From: an uncultured Acidobacteriota bacterium | Lineage (GTDB): Bacteria > Acidobacteriota > JAQAZP01 | DNA length: 64,000 nt | Reading direction: 5' to 3' | Assembly: GCA_963836075.1 (NCBI GenBank) | Contig: CAWIIB010000001.1 | Coordinates: 1,728,001-1,792,000 of the forward strand | Part shown: in pieces, positions 51,477 to 60,900 of the stretch | Layout: every line of letters starts with the position of its first letter | Numbering within the stretch: the stretch's first letter is position 1 | Position numbers and translations under genes: made by a program | Notes under the pieces: generated by a model | The model's database searches: none | What the model saw: only the letters and a program-made list of their open reading frames with translations | What the model was told of the DNA's origin: nothing

Positions 51477-54191
51477 TCAGTCAGAGTCCACCGGGTCGCC
51501 GGTGACGGTCAGCTCCTCCGGCTCGGGCAGGTCCAGGTCCTTGATCTGTTCCAGGATGGTGGCCTTGTCGCCCACCAGCACCAGCAGCGCCTGGTCCAGC
51601 GGCAGGGCCGCCGGGGCCAGGCCGTTGAGGTCGGCCGCGGTGGCCGCGGCGATGGTGCCCAGGTCCTCGCCCAGAGAGCGGAAGGGCAGCCCGTTGGACT
51701 CCAGGGTCTGGGCGATGGCGATCAGCCCTCCCAGCCCCTGGAAGGACTGGATCAGCTGCATCCGGTTGGTCTCCCTCGTCTTCCGCGCTTCCTCTTCCGA
51801 AATGTCCCCGGAACGCATGGCGTTGAACTCGTTGAAGAATTCCTTGAGCGCTGCGCCGGTGACCTCGGACCCCACGTCGCTGCCGGCATAGAAGTAGCCG
51901 GCGGTGGAGGTCATGACGAACTGCGAACGAGCCCCGTAGGTGAAGCCGTTCCGTTCACGGAGGTTCTGGTTCAGGCGGCTGGTGAAGCTGCCGCCGAGGA
52001 TGGTGTTCAGCAGGTCGTAATCCAGCCGGAGGGGATCAGCATAGTTCGGCCCCGGCATGTAGAAGCGGATGACGGTCTGCACCGCCCCCGGCTTGTCCAC
52101 CAGCACCAGTTTCATCTTGTCGTTGGCCGGGGGATCCAGCACCGGCTTTTCCGCCGGCGTGAAACCCGACGGGTCCTTCCAGCTGCCAAAAGCCCGCTCC
52201 AGCGCTTCTTTCGCTTCGTCGCGGGTCAGGTCGCCGGCAACGAAGAAGGTGGCGTTGCCCGGAGCCGCCAGTTCGGCCCAGGCGGTCTTCACGTCGTCCA
52301 GGGTCAGCTTCTCCACCGTGTCCACCGTCCCCTGGGACGGACGGCCGAACGGGTGGTCGTCACCGTAAAAGGCGCGCATGCCCACCAGCGTCGCCACCGA
52401 GCCGGGCCGGTCCTGGGCCTGTTTGAGACCCTCCAGGTGCAGCGACCGGACGCGCTCCCACTCGCCCGAATCGAACCGCGGGCGGAGAACGGCATCGGCG
52501 TAAAGACCCAAGGCCTTGTCAAAGTTGCTCTTCAACACAGAGAGGTCCACGCCGGAACTGTTCCGTCCGGCATAGGCGCTGAAGTTGGCCCCCAGCAGAT
52601 CCAGGGCGTCGGAGAAGGCCAGGGCATCGAGGTCCCCCGCCCCCTCGTCGAGCATGGCGGCGGCCAGCTGGCAACGGCCGGACCGTTCGCCGTCGAGCAG
52701 CACCGAGCCGCTGGGCAGGAAGAGCGAGAGTTCCACCAGCGGCAGCTCGCTGCGCTGCCAGTGCCGCACCTCGATGCCGTTGGAGAGGGTGAAGACCTCG
52801 GGGGCCGTGGGCTCGAAGGGCTTGATGGCACTCTCCGCCGGCGCCTCGTCGCGGCCGGCCAGCACCAGCCCCTCGTCCTCGGGCAGGACGTGCATGATCA
52901 GCCGGGCCTCGGGATCCATGACCTGGGCGGCCATGGTGCGAATGCCGTCCACCGTGGCGCCGCGGTAGCGGTCCAGGTCGGCACCAAAGGAGTTGGGCTC
53001 GTCAAAAAAGTGGTTGTAGCGGTTCAGCTGGTCCGCCTTGCGCAGCACCGACTGCAGGCCGTTGAGCATCTGGTATTCATAGGCCGCCTGGTGCCGGGCC
53101 AGTTCTTCCGCAGTGGGGCCTTCGGCGACGAACTCGGCCAGCACCTCGTCCACCGCCTTTTCGATGTCCACCAGGGAGACACCCTGGCGGGCCATCACCT
53201 CGACGGTGAACAGCGAACCGAGGCTGCCCGACCGCTGGTAGGCCCGGGCGCTGGTGGCCAGCTGATCCTCGTAGACCAGCCGCTTGTAGAGCCGGCTGGT
53301 CTTGCCCGAGCTGAGCACCGCCGCGGCCAGGTCCATTTCGGCATCGCCGGGGGCGAACAGCGCCGGGCTGTGCCAGACCATGGTCAGCCGCCCGAACTGC
53401 ACCTTGTCGGTGTAGGTGACCCGCTTGACGCTGTCCAGTTTCAGCGGCTGCGCCGCGGCGTGCACCGGGTCGGCGTCCCGGGGGATGGTGCCGAAGAGGG
53501 TGGCCACCAGCGGCTTGATCTCCGCGGGGTCGAAATCGCCGGCGATGACCAGCGAGGCGTTGTTCGGCAGGTAGAAGGTGGAGAAGAAGTCCTTCACGTC
53601 CTGTACCGTGGCGGCCTTGATGTCGGCCACCGTGCCGATTATCGAAATGTGGTAGGGGTGGCCGGGGGGGTACATCAGCTCGTTGATCTTCAGGTCGGCC
53701 ATGCCGTAGGGGCGGTTCTCGCTGGTCTGGCGCCGCTCGTTGAGCACCACCTCGCGCTGTTTTTCCAGTTTCTCCGCGTCCATGTTGTCGCCGAGGGCCT
53801 CGAGGCGGTCGGCATCGAGCCACAGCAGCATGGGCAGCAGGTTGCTCGGCCCGAAGGAGAAATAGTTGGTGCGGTCAAAGCTGGTGGAAGCGTTGTTCCA
53901 GCCGCCGCCGGCCTCCATGATGTTGTCGAAGTCGCTCCCCGGGACCCGTTCGGTGCCCATGAACATCAGGTGCTCGAAGAGGTGGGCGAACCCGGAGCGG
54001 CCAACCGGTTCGTCCTTGCTGCCGACGAAGTACCAGGTGTTGATACAGGCCACGGGCAGGCTGTGGTCCTCGTGGAGGATCACGGTCAAACCGTTGTCCA
54101 GCTGGTATTTTTCGTAGGCGATCTCCTGGGCGGCCAGCGGAGCCGCCAGGCAGAGCGTGAGCAGAATCAGGATCGGGAATCGGCGCAGCAT
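51477..54191 (-). CDS. Secreted M16 (pitrilysin/insulinase) zinc peptidase
   Basis: GFAHLFEHLMF (HxxEH), NAST..DRTNY, two-lobed 904 aa, SRLNQNLRE..G.TYG. Confidence 0.92.
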   Translation of the reverse strand: MLRRFPILILLTLCLAAPLAAQEIAYEKYQLDNGLTVILHEDHSLPVACINTWYFVGSKDEPVGRSGFAHLFEHLMFMGTERVPGSDFDNIMEAGGGWNNASTSFDRTNYFSFGPSNLLPMLLWLDADRLEALGDNMDAEKLEKQREVVLNERRQTSENRPYGMADLKINELMYPPGHPYHISIIGTVADIKAATVQDVKDFFSTFYLPNNASLVIAGDFDPAEIKPLVATLFGTIPRDADPVHAAAQPLKLDSVKRVTYTDKVQFGRLTMVWHSPALFAPGDAEMDLAAAVLSSGKTSRLYKRLVYEDQLATSARAYQRSGSLGSLFTVEVMARQGVSLVDIEKAVDEVLAEFVAEGPTAEELARHQAAYEYQMLNGLQSVLRKADQLNRYNHFFDEPNSFGADLDRYRGATVDGIRTMAAQVMDPEARLIMHVLPEDEGLVLAGRDEAPAESAIKPFEPTAPEVFTLSNGIEVRHWQRSELPLVELSLFLPSGSVLLDGERSGRCQLAAAMLDEGAGDLDALAFSDALDLLGANFSAYAGRNSSGVDLSVLKSNFDKALGLYADAVLRPRFDSGEWERVRSLHLEGLKQAQDRPGSVATLVGMRAFYGDDHPFGRPSQGTVDTVEKLTLDDVKTAWAELAAPGNATFFVAGDLTRDEAKEALERAFGSWKDPSGFTPAEKPVLDPPANDKMKLVLVDKPGAVQTVIRFYMPGPNYADPLRLDYDLLNTILGGSFTSRLNQNLRERNGFTYGARSQFVMTSTAGYFYAGSDVGSEVTGAALKEFFNEFNAMRSGDISEEEARKTRETNRMQLIQSFQGLGGLIAIAQTLESNGLPFRSLGEDLGTIAAATAADLNGLAPAALPLDQALLVLVGDKATILEQIKDLDLPEPEELTVTGDPVDSD

Positions 54192-54335
54192 TGTTCATCC
54201 TCCTCAAGGGCAAAAACATTTCAACCCGGACTGCTCGGCAACGAGTACGCCGGGAAATATCAGGCGTTCGGAACCGGGGGATTGTAACATGCCCCCCGCC
54301 CCGGCGGCAGCCATTCCGGGAACTCCGGCCTCGGC

Positions 54336-54364
54336 TTGACTTGAATGGCTGCAAATTCTAGAAT
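54336..54364 (+). promoter_or_regulatory. sigma70-like promoter of AKR-DUF6599 operon
   Basis: TTGACT-N17-TAGAAT. Confidence 0.65.
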
Positions 54365-54478
54365 AATAACGTTTTACAGGAACCATAGTTCATTCATCAT
54401 GGAACTTTCATATCTCTTTGCCGCTACCGGGTAAGTGACGGATGTGGGGTAGTTATTGTTTTTCCAGGGAGGTCATCG

Positions 54479-55861
54479 ATGAGCAGAAAGGCCGCGAAGA
54501 AAGAGCAGGAAAACCGGGTATCCCGCCGCCAGTTCCTCGAACTGGGCGGAGTGGCGCTGGCTGCCGGGTCGCTGACCATGTGCGCCGGTAAAACACCGGT
54601 GGCCGAGCCGGCGGACAGCGCCATGGTCGCCGGATCGCTGGTCAAGAAGCACTACCGGCTGGGGCGCACCGGGTTCGAAGTCTCCGATGTGAGTATGGGC
54701 TGCGGCCAGATCAGCGAGAGCAACGTGGTGCGCTACGCCTACGACAAGGGGATCAACTACTTCGACACTGCCGAAGGATACGGCAACGGCGATTCGGAGA
54801 AGAAGATCGGCGAAGCCATGCAGCACCTGGACCGCAAGAGGATCTTCATCACCACCAAGCTGCAGATCAAGGAGGAGGACACCGAAACCACCATCCTCGA
54901 CCGCTTCGGCAAATGCCGGGAGCGGCTGCAGACCGACTATGTCGACGCCCTGTTCATGCACTCGCTGAAATCGGCCGACTTGCTGGACACCCCGCACTTC
55001 CACTCCGCGGTGGACAAGCTGATCGCCGACGGCAAACTGCGCTACCGCGGCGTCTCCAACCATGGCCCCCGGGGCGAGGGAGACAGCATGGAGAAGGTGC
55101 TGGTGGCCGCGGCCGAGGACGGGCGCTTCGACCTGATGCTGCTCTCCTACAACTTCCTGAACAAGGAAGAGGCGGAGAACGTCCTGGCCGCCTGCAAGAA
55201 GAACGACGTGGGCACCACGGCGATGAAAACCCAGCCGGGGATGCTGGAGGTGCCGCACTTCGACCCGGACAACCCCAGCGAAGACTTCGCCAACTTCATC
55301 AACTCCCACATCGAGGGGGGCGGCACCCGGGAGGAGGCCATCGAGCGGATCAACGGCTGGATCGCCCGGCAGGCGGAGGGCATCGCGAAGGTCAAGCCCT
55401 TTGTGGACAAATACGGCATCACCACCGAAGACCAGCTGACCGCCACCGCGGTGCAGTGGGTGCTGCAGAACCCGGACATGCACACGGTGACCGTCTCCTC
55501 CCCGGACTACGAGCGGATCGACCTGGCGCTCTCCGTCTCCGGCAAGCCGCTCAGCACCGCAAACGTGGCCTTCCTGCGGGACTGTGAAAAGGTGCTCGGT
55601 GACCAGTATTGCCGCCACGGCTGCAACGCCTGTGTCAGTTCCTGTGTCCACCGGCTGCCGGTGAACACCATCATGCGTTACGCGTACTACGCCAAGTGCC
55701 AGGGCCGCGAGAAGCACGGCATGGTCAAGTATGCCGGCCTGAAGGAGCAGAGCGCCGCACTCTGCCAGACCTGCAGCGCGCCCTGCCGCGGGGCCTGCCC
55801 TCACGGTCTGGATGTGCAGGGGCAGCTGCTGCGGGCCCACTCGCTGCTCACCTTGGCCTGA
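54479..55861 (+). CDS. Aldo/keto reductase with Tat-like signal and C-terminal 4Fe-4S dicluster-like domain
   Basis: SRRQFL; LGRTG, GINYFDTAEGYG, ITTK, LQTDYVD; CRHGCNACVSSC and CQTCSAPCRGACP. Confidence 0.88.
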   Translation: MSRKAAKKEQENRVSRRQFLELGGVALAAGSLTMCAGKTPVAEPADSAMVAGSLVKKHYRLGRTGFEVSDVSMGCGQISESNVVRYAYDKGINYFDTAEGYGNGDSEKKIGEAMQHLDRKRIFITTKLQIKEEDTETTILDRFGKCRERLQTDYVDALFMHSLKSADLLDTPHFHSAVDKLIADGKLRYRGVSNHGPRGEGDSMEKVLVAAAEDGRFDLMLLSYNFLNKEEAENVLAACKKNDVGTTAMKTQPGMLEVPHFDPDNPSEDFANFINSHIEGGGTREEAIERINGWIARQAEGIAKVKPFVDKYGITTEDQLTATAVQWVLQNPDMHTVTVSSPDYERIDLALSVSGKPLSTANVAFLRDCEKVLGDQYCRHGCNACVSSCVHRLPVNTIMRYAYYAKCQGREKHGMVKYAGLKEQSAALCQTCSAPCRGACPHGLDVQGQLLRAHSLLTLA

Positions 55862-55865
55862 GGAG

Positions 55866-55910
55866 GGGAAAATGGGGGCTGTCCCGTCCCGGGACTGTCC
55901 CCGTTTTCCC
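55866..55910. repeat. REP-like palindrome (GGGxCTGTCCC type)
   Basis: GGGAAAATGGGG...CCCCGTTTTCCC arms enclosing two GGG(G/A)CTGTCCC units in the intergenic spacer. Confidence 0.45.
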
Positions 55911-55931
55911 TCAAGATCCAGAGGGACGAAT

Positions 55932-56762
55932 ATGCTCAAGAAATACTACCTGTTGATTGCCATGCTCCTTTTCACCATCCCGGCCGCTGCAACGGACTTC
56001 CCGGCGGTGGAGGGATGGACCCTGGCCGGCGAGGTCACGGTCAAGTCCCCGGACAACCTCTGGGAGTACAACAACGGGGCGGCCGAAGCCTTCCTGGCTT
56101 ACGGGTTCCAGGGCCTGAGCTATGCCGACCTGAAGGCCGGCGAACTGGTGGTCACCGTGGAAATCTACGATATGGGTTCGCCGATCAACGCCTACGGCAT
56201 CTACACCACCGAGCGTTCCAGCGACGCCCAGCGGATGGACATCGGCGCCGAAGCGGCGTTGGCCCTGCCCTACCAGTGCCTGCTGCTCAAGGACCGCCAC
56301 TACGTGAAGTTGAACCTCTACCAGGGGGAACTGAACCGCGAGAAGGCCTCCGCATTGCTGGAGGCCCTGGTCGCGGCCCTGCCCGGCAAGGACGGCTGGC
56401 CGGCGGAACTGGGTCTGCTGCCCGAAAAGGGCCAGGTGCCCGGCTCGGTGGGCTACACCCGGGAAGCCTACCTCGGGATGTCCGTGCTCACCAACTCTGT
56501 TCACGCGGAGTATGAGGGCGGGGAAAAACCTTTCCAGCGGTTCACCATCCTCGCCGGATCCGCGGACCAGCGCCGGGCGGCCTGGGACAGGCTGGCCGCC
56601 AAGTGGACCGCCGCGGAGCTGAAGGGGGAACCGCTGCTCTGGAAGGAAATCCCCTACCAGGGGATCACCGGTGTCATCCTCACCGACAAGGGCATTTTCG
56701 GGGTCAGCAGCTGCGCCGATGAAAAAGAGATGATGGAGCGGCTGAAGGTCTTCCTCAACTGA
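55932..56762 (+). CDS. Secreted DUF6599-family protein
   Basis: Signal AAA-T; NLWEYNNGAAEAF, EIYDMGSPINAYGIY, KDRHYVKL; paralog of 169..1062. Confidence 0.7.
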   Translation: MLKKYYLLIAMLLFTIPAAATDFPAVEGWTLAGEVTVKSPDNLWEYNNGAAEAFLAYGFQGLSYADLKAGELVVTVEIYDMGSPINAYGIYTTERSSDAQRMDIGAEAALALPYQCLLLKDRHYVKLNLYQGELNREKASALLEALVAALPGKDGWPAELGLLPEKGQVPGSVGYTREAYLGMSVLTNSVHAEYEGGEKPFQRFTILAGSADQRRAAWDRLAAKWTAAELKGEPLLWKEIPYQGITGVILTDKGIFGVSSCADEKEMMERLKVFLN

Positions 56763-56789
56763 CCCGTGCCATTTATCGAAAAAAGTGGC

Positions 56790-56874
56790 AGTCACCGTTT
56801 CGGATGAACCTGCTCCGGTAGGGCCGCCGCCTTTCGCGGTATTACCGGAGTCGTGTTCAATCCGATTGTTAGCC
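56790..56874 (-). mobile_element. attC-like integron recombination site (85 bp)
   Basis: Minus strand: R'' GGCTAAC - 5 nt - L'' GATTGAAC - palindromic core (CTCCGGTA/TACCGGAG) - L' GTTCATC - 6 nt - degenerate R' GGTGACT. Confidence 0.65.
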
Positions 56875-56939
56875 GAAAGCTGTCAATTTCATTTCAACTA
56901 CTTGCCTTCTGTTATAAAGAATACTTATCTCGCATCGCG

Positions 56940-57761
56940 TTATTTGGTACTTTCCAGGGTTGGAAGGAGTTCGTTCCGTATCCATGCATGATGTGGCTCC
57001 AAGGAAAGACCTCTTTGGTATGCTGTCCGTGCACCCATGTCGTCACCAGTCTCCGCCAACGCCTGCCCTAACCAGACGTAAACGTCGATTCGTCCCCAGT
57101 CGGGCCAAGGTTTTAATGCGGGCTCTCTCTCAAATAGCTCTTCCGCCCGTCTTAACTTCTCCTTTGCCAACTCTAGACCACCTCCGAACAGTCTTGGTGT
57201 ATGAAATGCACTTATTGCCTGCTGTAGGATGACACGCGGATTGTTTGGTGAGATCTTCTCCGCTCGGTCCAAAGTCTCGCTAGCCTTCGGTCCTAGCCTC
57301 ATTCCTTTCCAAGCATTGTTGATCTGTCTTCCATAGACAGAACCTAGCAGTGCTAAGGCCTCAGCGTTGTCTGGGTCTTTAAGAATCAGGGCTTCAAGGA
57401 CCCCCTCGGCCTGTTTAAGTAAACGAGCGCCCTCTTTTTCATCCAACAAATCGACAAGACGCCAGATCACATAGGCAAGTGTGTAATGGCGAAGTCCTGC
57501 ATCTACTCCCCCACTCTGTGAATCACTTTCAAGCTCTTGACGAAAGTGATTCAACTTTTCAGCGTCACCCAGGACCACTGCTCGTTCGAGCTCATCGACA
57601 AAGGCAGAGAAGTCATTTGCAGCCTTGGATTCCGATGCCGACACCAGAATTGTTAAAATGAGAAATCCAATCAATAACCAAGACCTTTTGGCATTTGATA
57701 GTCTATTCTGCATTCCAGGCAGCCTCGGTCCGTTGACGCCAATAGTTATTAATGCTGACAT
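56940..57761 (-). CDS. Exported TPR-like protein (cassette-borne)
   Basis: Hydrophobic signal segment; DPDNAEALALLG, SPNNPRV, TPRLFGGG, PWPDWG; AT-rich codon usage unlike neighbours; exact start uncertain. Confidence 0.7.
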   Translation of the reverse strand: MSALITIGVNGPRLPGMQNRLSNAKRSWLLIGFLILTILVSASESKAANDFSAFVDELERAVVLGDAEKLNHFRQELESDSQSGGVDAGLRHYTLAYVIWRLVDLLDEKEGARLLKQAEGVLEALILKDPDNAEALALLGSVYGRQINNAWKGMRLGPKASETLDRAEKISPNNPRVILQQAISAFHTPRLFGGGLELAKEKLRRAEELFEREPALKPWPDWGRIDVYVWLGQALAETGDDMGARTAYQRGLSLEPHHAWIRNELLPTLESTK

Positions 57762-57914
57762 ATCTATCGAGTCCCTCTTTCGATCATTCTCTGTGTGCAG
57801 TTAACGCCAACCATCACCGGTGAAGACGTATGACGTTATACGTCAAGAACGTCGTTTTCTTCTGGGGCGTCTAACGCCTGGATATACGGAAATCAGCCCC
57901 TCTGAGCGGTGACC

Positions 57915-60900
57915 TCAGTGGCAGAGCGCCTCGGCCGGCACCTGCTGCCGCGAGGTCTCCGGGCCGGACCACCAGAGTTCCAGCACCGCGTCCACGCCGT
58001 CCTGGAAGTATTCGATGGCCAGTGAGTGAAGTCCGGGGGCCAGGGCCAGCTCGGCCTTGACCTCGCGACTGCCGTGCAGGCCGTCATTGGCGATCACTTC
58101 CTCACCGTTGAGCAGCAGCCGGCTGCCGTCATCGGAGTTGAGGCCGATGGTGTAGACCCCTTCCACGGACACACGGAGATAGCCTTCGAGGGTCACACCG
58201 AAATTCACGTCCCGGGCGTCGTCGGGCAAGGACACCGTCGGCAGAACAGCAGTGCGGTCCGGTGTGATGGTGCCGAAATCGGGCAGTTTCTCCCAGTCCC
58301 CCTCGAAGTAGCGGCAGTCCAGTCCGTCACTCGTGGGCTCGGCGGTTACGCCTGGTTGCGGCTCCAGCTTGCGGAATTCCGCCCGGGCCACGAAGGAACT
58401 GTCCAGGCCGGGGGCAAAGGCTCGGGCCCGCAGTTGCGCCGGTTCGGCAACCACGATCGGTCCCTTGTACAGCATGGCGTTTTCCGCCGGGTCGCTGCCG
58501 TCCAGGGTGTAGCGGATCTCAGCGCCCCTGTTGGGGGACGAGAGGACAACTTCCAGGCTGTCGGTGAACGCCCGTGCTTCGGTCTCCACCACCACCCCGC
58601 TCCGCTCGGTCCGGTCATAGAGCGGCCAGGCCGGCACTACCTCGGCGTTGGGATTGACTGCCACGGTGACTGCCAGCAGTTTCACCGCCGGGTCGTCGGG
58701 AAGGGTCAGCATGCGAGCACCGGGAGGGAGAACTAATTCGTAGCGAAAGAGGTTGGTAAAGGTGTAAGACTGGTTCTCGCCGTCCGGTCCGTGGCGGTGC
58801 GAGCCAACCCAGGCCACCGGCGTCTCGTTGATGTATGCCGGGAGAATCTGCTCCGGGTCATGCACCAGCAGGTCGCCGTGCAACCGGCTGTCCCACTGCC
58901 CCACCGGGCTGGCCCAGTCCTCGATCCAGCGCTCCTCCACCCGGTCGTCGATACTGAACGCGGCCGTGCGCCCGCCGTCCACCGCGGCGGCCAGCAGGTA
59001 GAGACGGTTCCAGCCGCCGGCGGGCAACGGGATCTTCTGCCCCCGGCATTCCACCACGTTGCGCGCCCCGGCCCTGTCCCGGCCCATGGCAAAGGTGATC
59101 CCCTCGCGAACCACCTTGTCCGGCAGCAGGTCGCCGGAGATGCTGTTGCCCCGGCCGTCGAAATCGCCGTCGGTGCGACCGCTGTCCAGGCTCACCCCGT
59201 CGCTGTTGAACGGCAGGTCGAGGGGCCGGCTCTGCGGCGGGTCGAGGGTCACCGGCGGCTCACCCGGCTCGATGGCAAAGGTGCGCAGCTGGCAGGGTGC
59301 CAGGCGACTGACGCGCAGCATTCCCCTCCCGTCCCTCTCATCCTCAAGTGGCTCTTCGACGCCGTTCAGTTCGGCGAAAGATCGGACTGGCGCCGCCGGC
59401 ATCGCCACCTGGACGTTATCCAAACCCTGTCCGGTCTTATCCAGCAGGCGGACCACCACCCGGTCATCATCTTCGGCCAGCTTCACCGCTTGTATCGCCG
59501 CGTGCCTCGTTGAGCTGCGGAGGAGTGAGAACTCCCGGTTCAGAGGTCCGGGATGCTTTGGGACCCGAAAGGCCATCAGCGGCTGGTTGAACTTCGCAGC
59601 TTCGTAAGAGGGGACCACACCCGTAAAGAACCAGCTGTCCGGGTGGCCCACCACGGCGAATCCCAGACGGTGGGATCCCAGGTCCTGGGACTTCTGGTCG
59701 TCGATCCAGCCCCAGCGATCATTGACCCGCGGGGTGTGAAGCAGGGTCAGGCGAAGAGTGTTCTCCGCCGGTCGGTCCCAGCCATAGCGGCTGTCGGTAA
59801 GCAGGGCAACACCCCCGTCGTTGTTCGGTGCGCCAAGGTCCACCCACTGCTGAGCCGGTACCTCGTAGAGTTGCTCCTTGTTGACCCCGCGTTGGATGGT
59901 CCCCACCCCCAGGTCGTAGGTAGCGGTGGCCTGCTCCACCGCCAGGGGAAAGACTGCCTTGAGCAATGTGCCCGGCGACTTCCACTGAATCAGGTTATCC
60001 ACCTCCACCCGGCTGCCGGCACCGCCGGCGGCAAGACTCACCCGCTGGATGAACTCCGATCCGCCTGCCCGACGGACAATCTCCAGCACGACCCGGGCCG
60101 GACCGCTCTCGACCGCCCCTATTTCCATCGGCCCGGTCACCACTTCACGGGGCTCGGCCATCAGGTCAGCGTAGTCGATCTCCCAGGCAGCCCATTCCTC
60201 GGGCTCGTTGTCCAGCAGCTGAAGGGTCAGCGGGCCGGCCAGCAGTTCGCGGCCCAGTTCCTTGTCGAAAATCGAGGCGATGTCGCCGTTGTCGTCAACA
60301 CTCACCCGGTATCGGCGGTTCTCCAATCCCTGCTCGTTCACCAGCAGCCCGGTGTCCAGGGCACAGGGAGCGTCGGCAGGCCGTACGTCGAATACCGAGA
60401 AGCTGACCGGGAGGACCGGGGCGATGAACACCAACCGCACGGTGTCGCCCTCCGTTGACAATATCTGCGACGGTACTTCGTACTCGTAAGCACCGTCGTC
60501 GTCCGTACCGTAGACCCGGACAAAAGGCGGCGCGCCGCCAGGAAAACGCACCTCGGCCTCCACCACGTCTTCGCGAGAGCCGGCCAGGGGGTTGTAGACC
60601 ACCAGCGGGGTCCCCTCGACCTCGGTGTCCAGGGCGCGGCTCACCGCGGCCACCGAATCGGTGAGCACCGCGGCGAACTGGTTCAGCGAGATCAGCTGGT
60701 CATTCCAGGAGTGGACGTAGGCCTCGGGGATGCTGGTGCCGGTGAGGTCGTCGTGGAACTGGTGGGCGAGGAAGCGGGTCCAGGCCTCGCGCAGGGTCTC
60801 CCGGGGGTACTCGGCGCCGCCCAGCCAGTGGGCGGCCACCGCGGCCCGCTCGGCGGCGTCGGCCAGCAGCTCGTTCTGGCGGTTCCAGCGCTTCATCGCC

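Larger units (their letters stand above)
56790..57875 (-). mobile_element. Solitary low-GC integron-like gene cassette
   Basis: Abrupt drop in GC over ~56850-57860; single ORF followed by attC; GTTAACT (57799-57805) and GTTAGAC (57869-57875) core sites upstream; no integrase in window. Confidence 0.55.

Noticed and set aside
19933-54287. Other long antisense ORFs (19933..21597, 28198..30165, 43011..45191, 51330..54287)
   Set aside because: Each lies opposite a motif-supported gene and has V/G/H/R-biased shadow composition.
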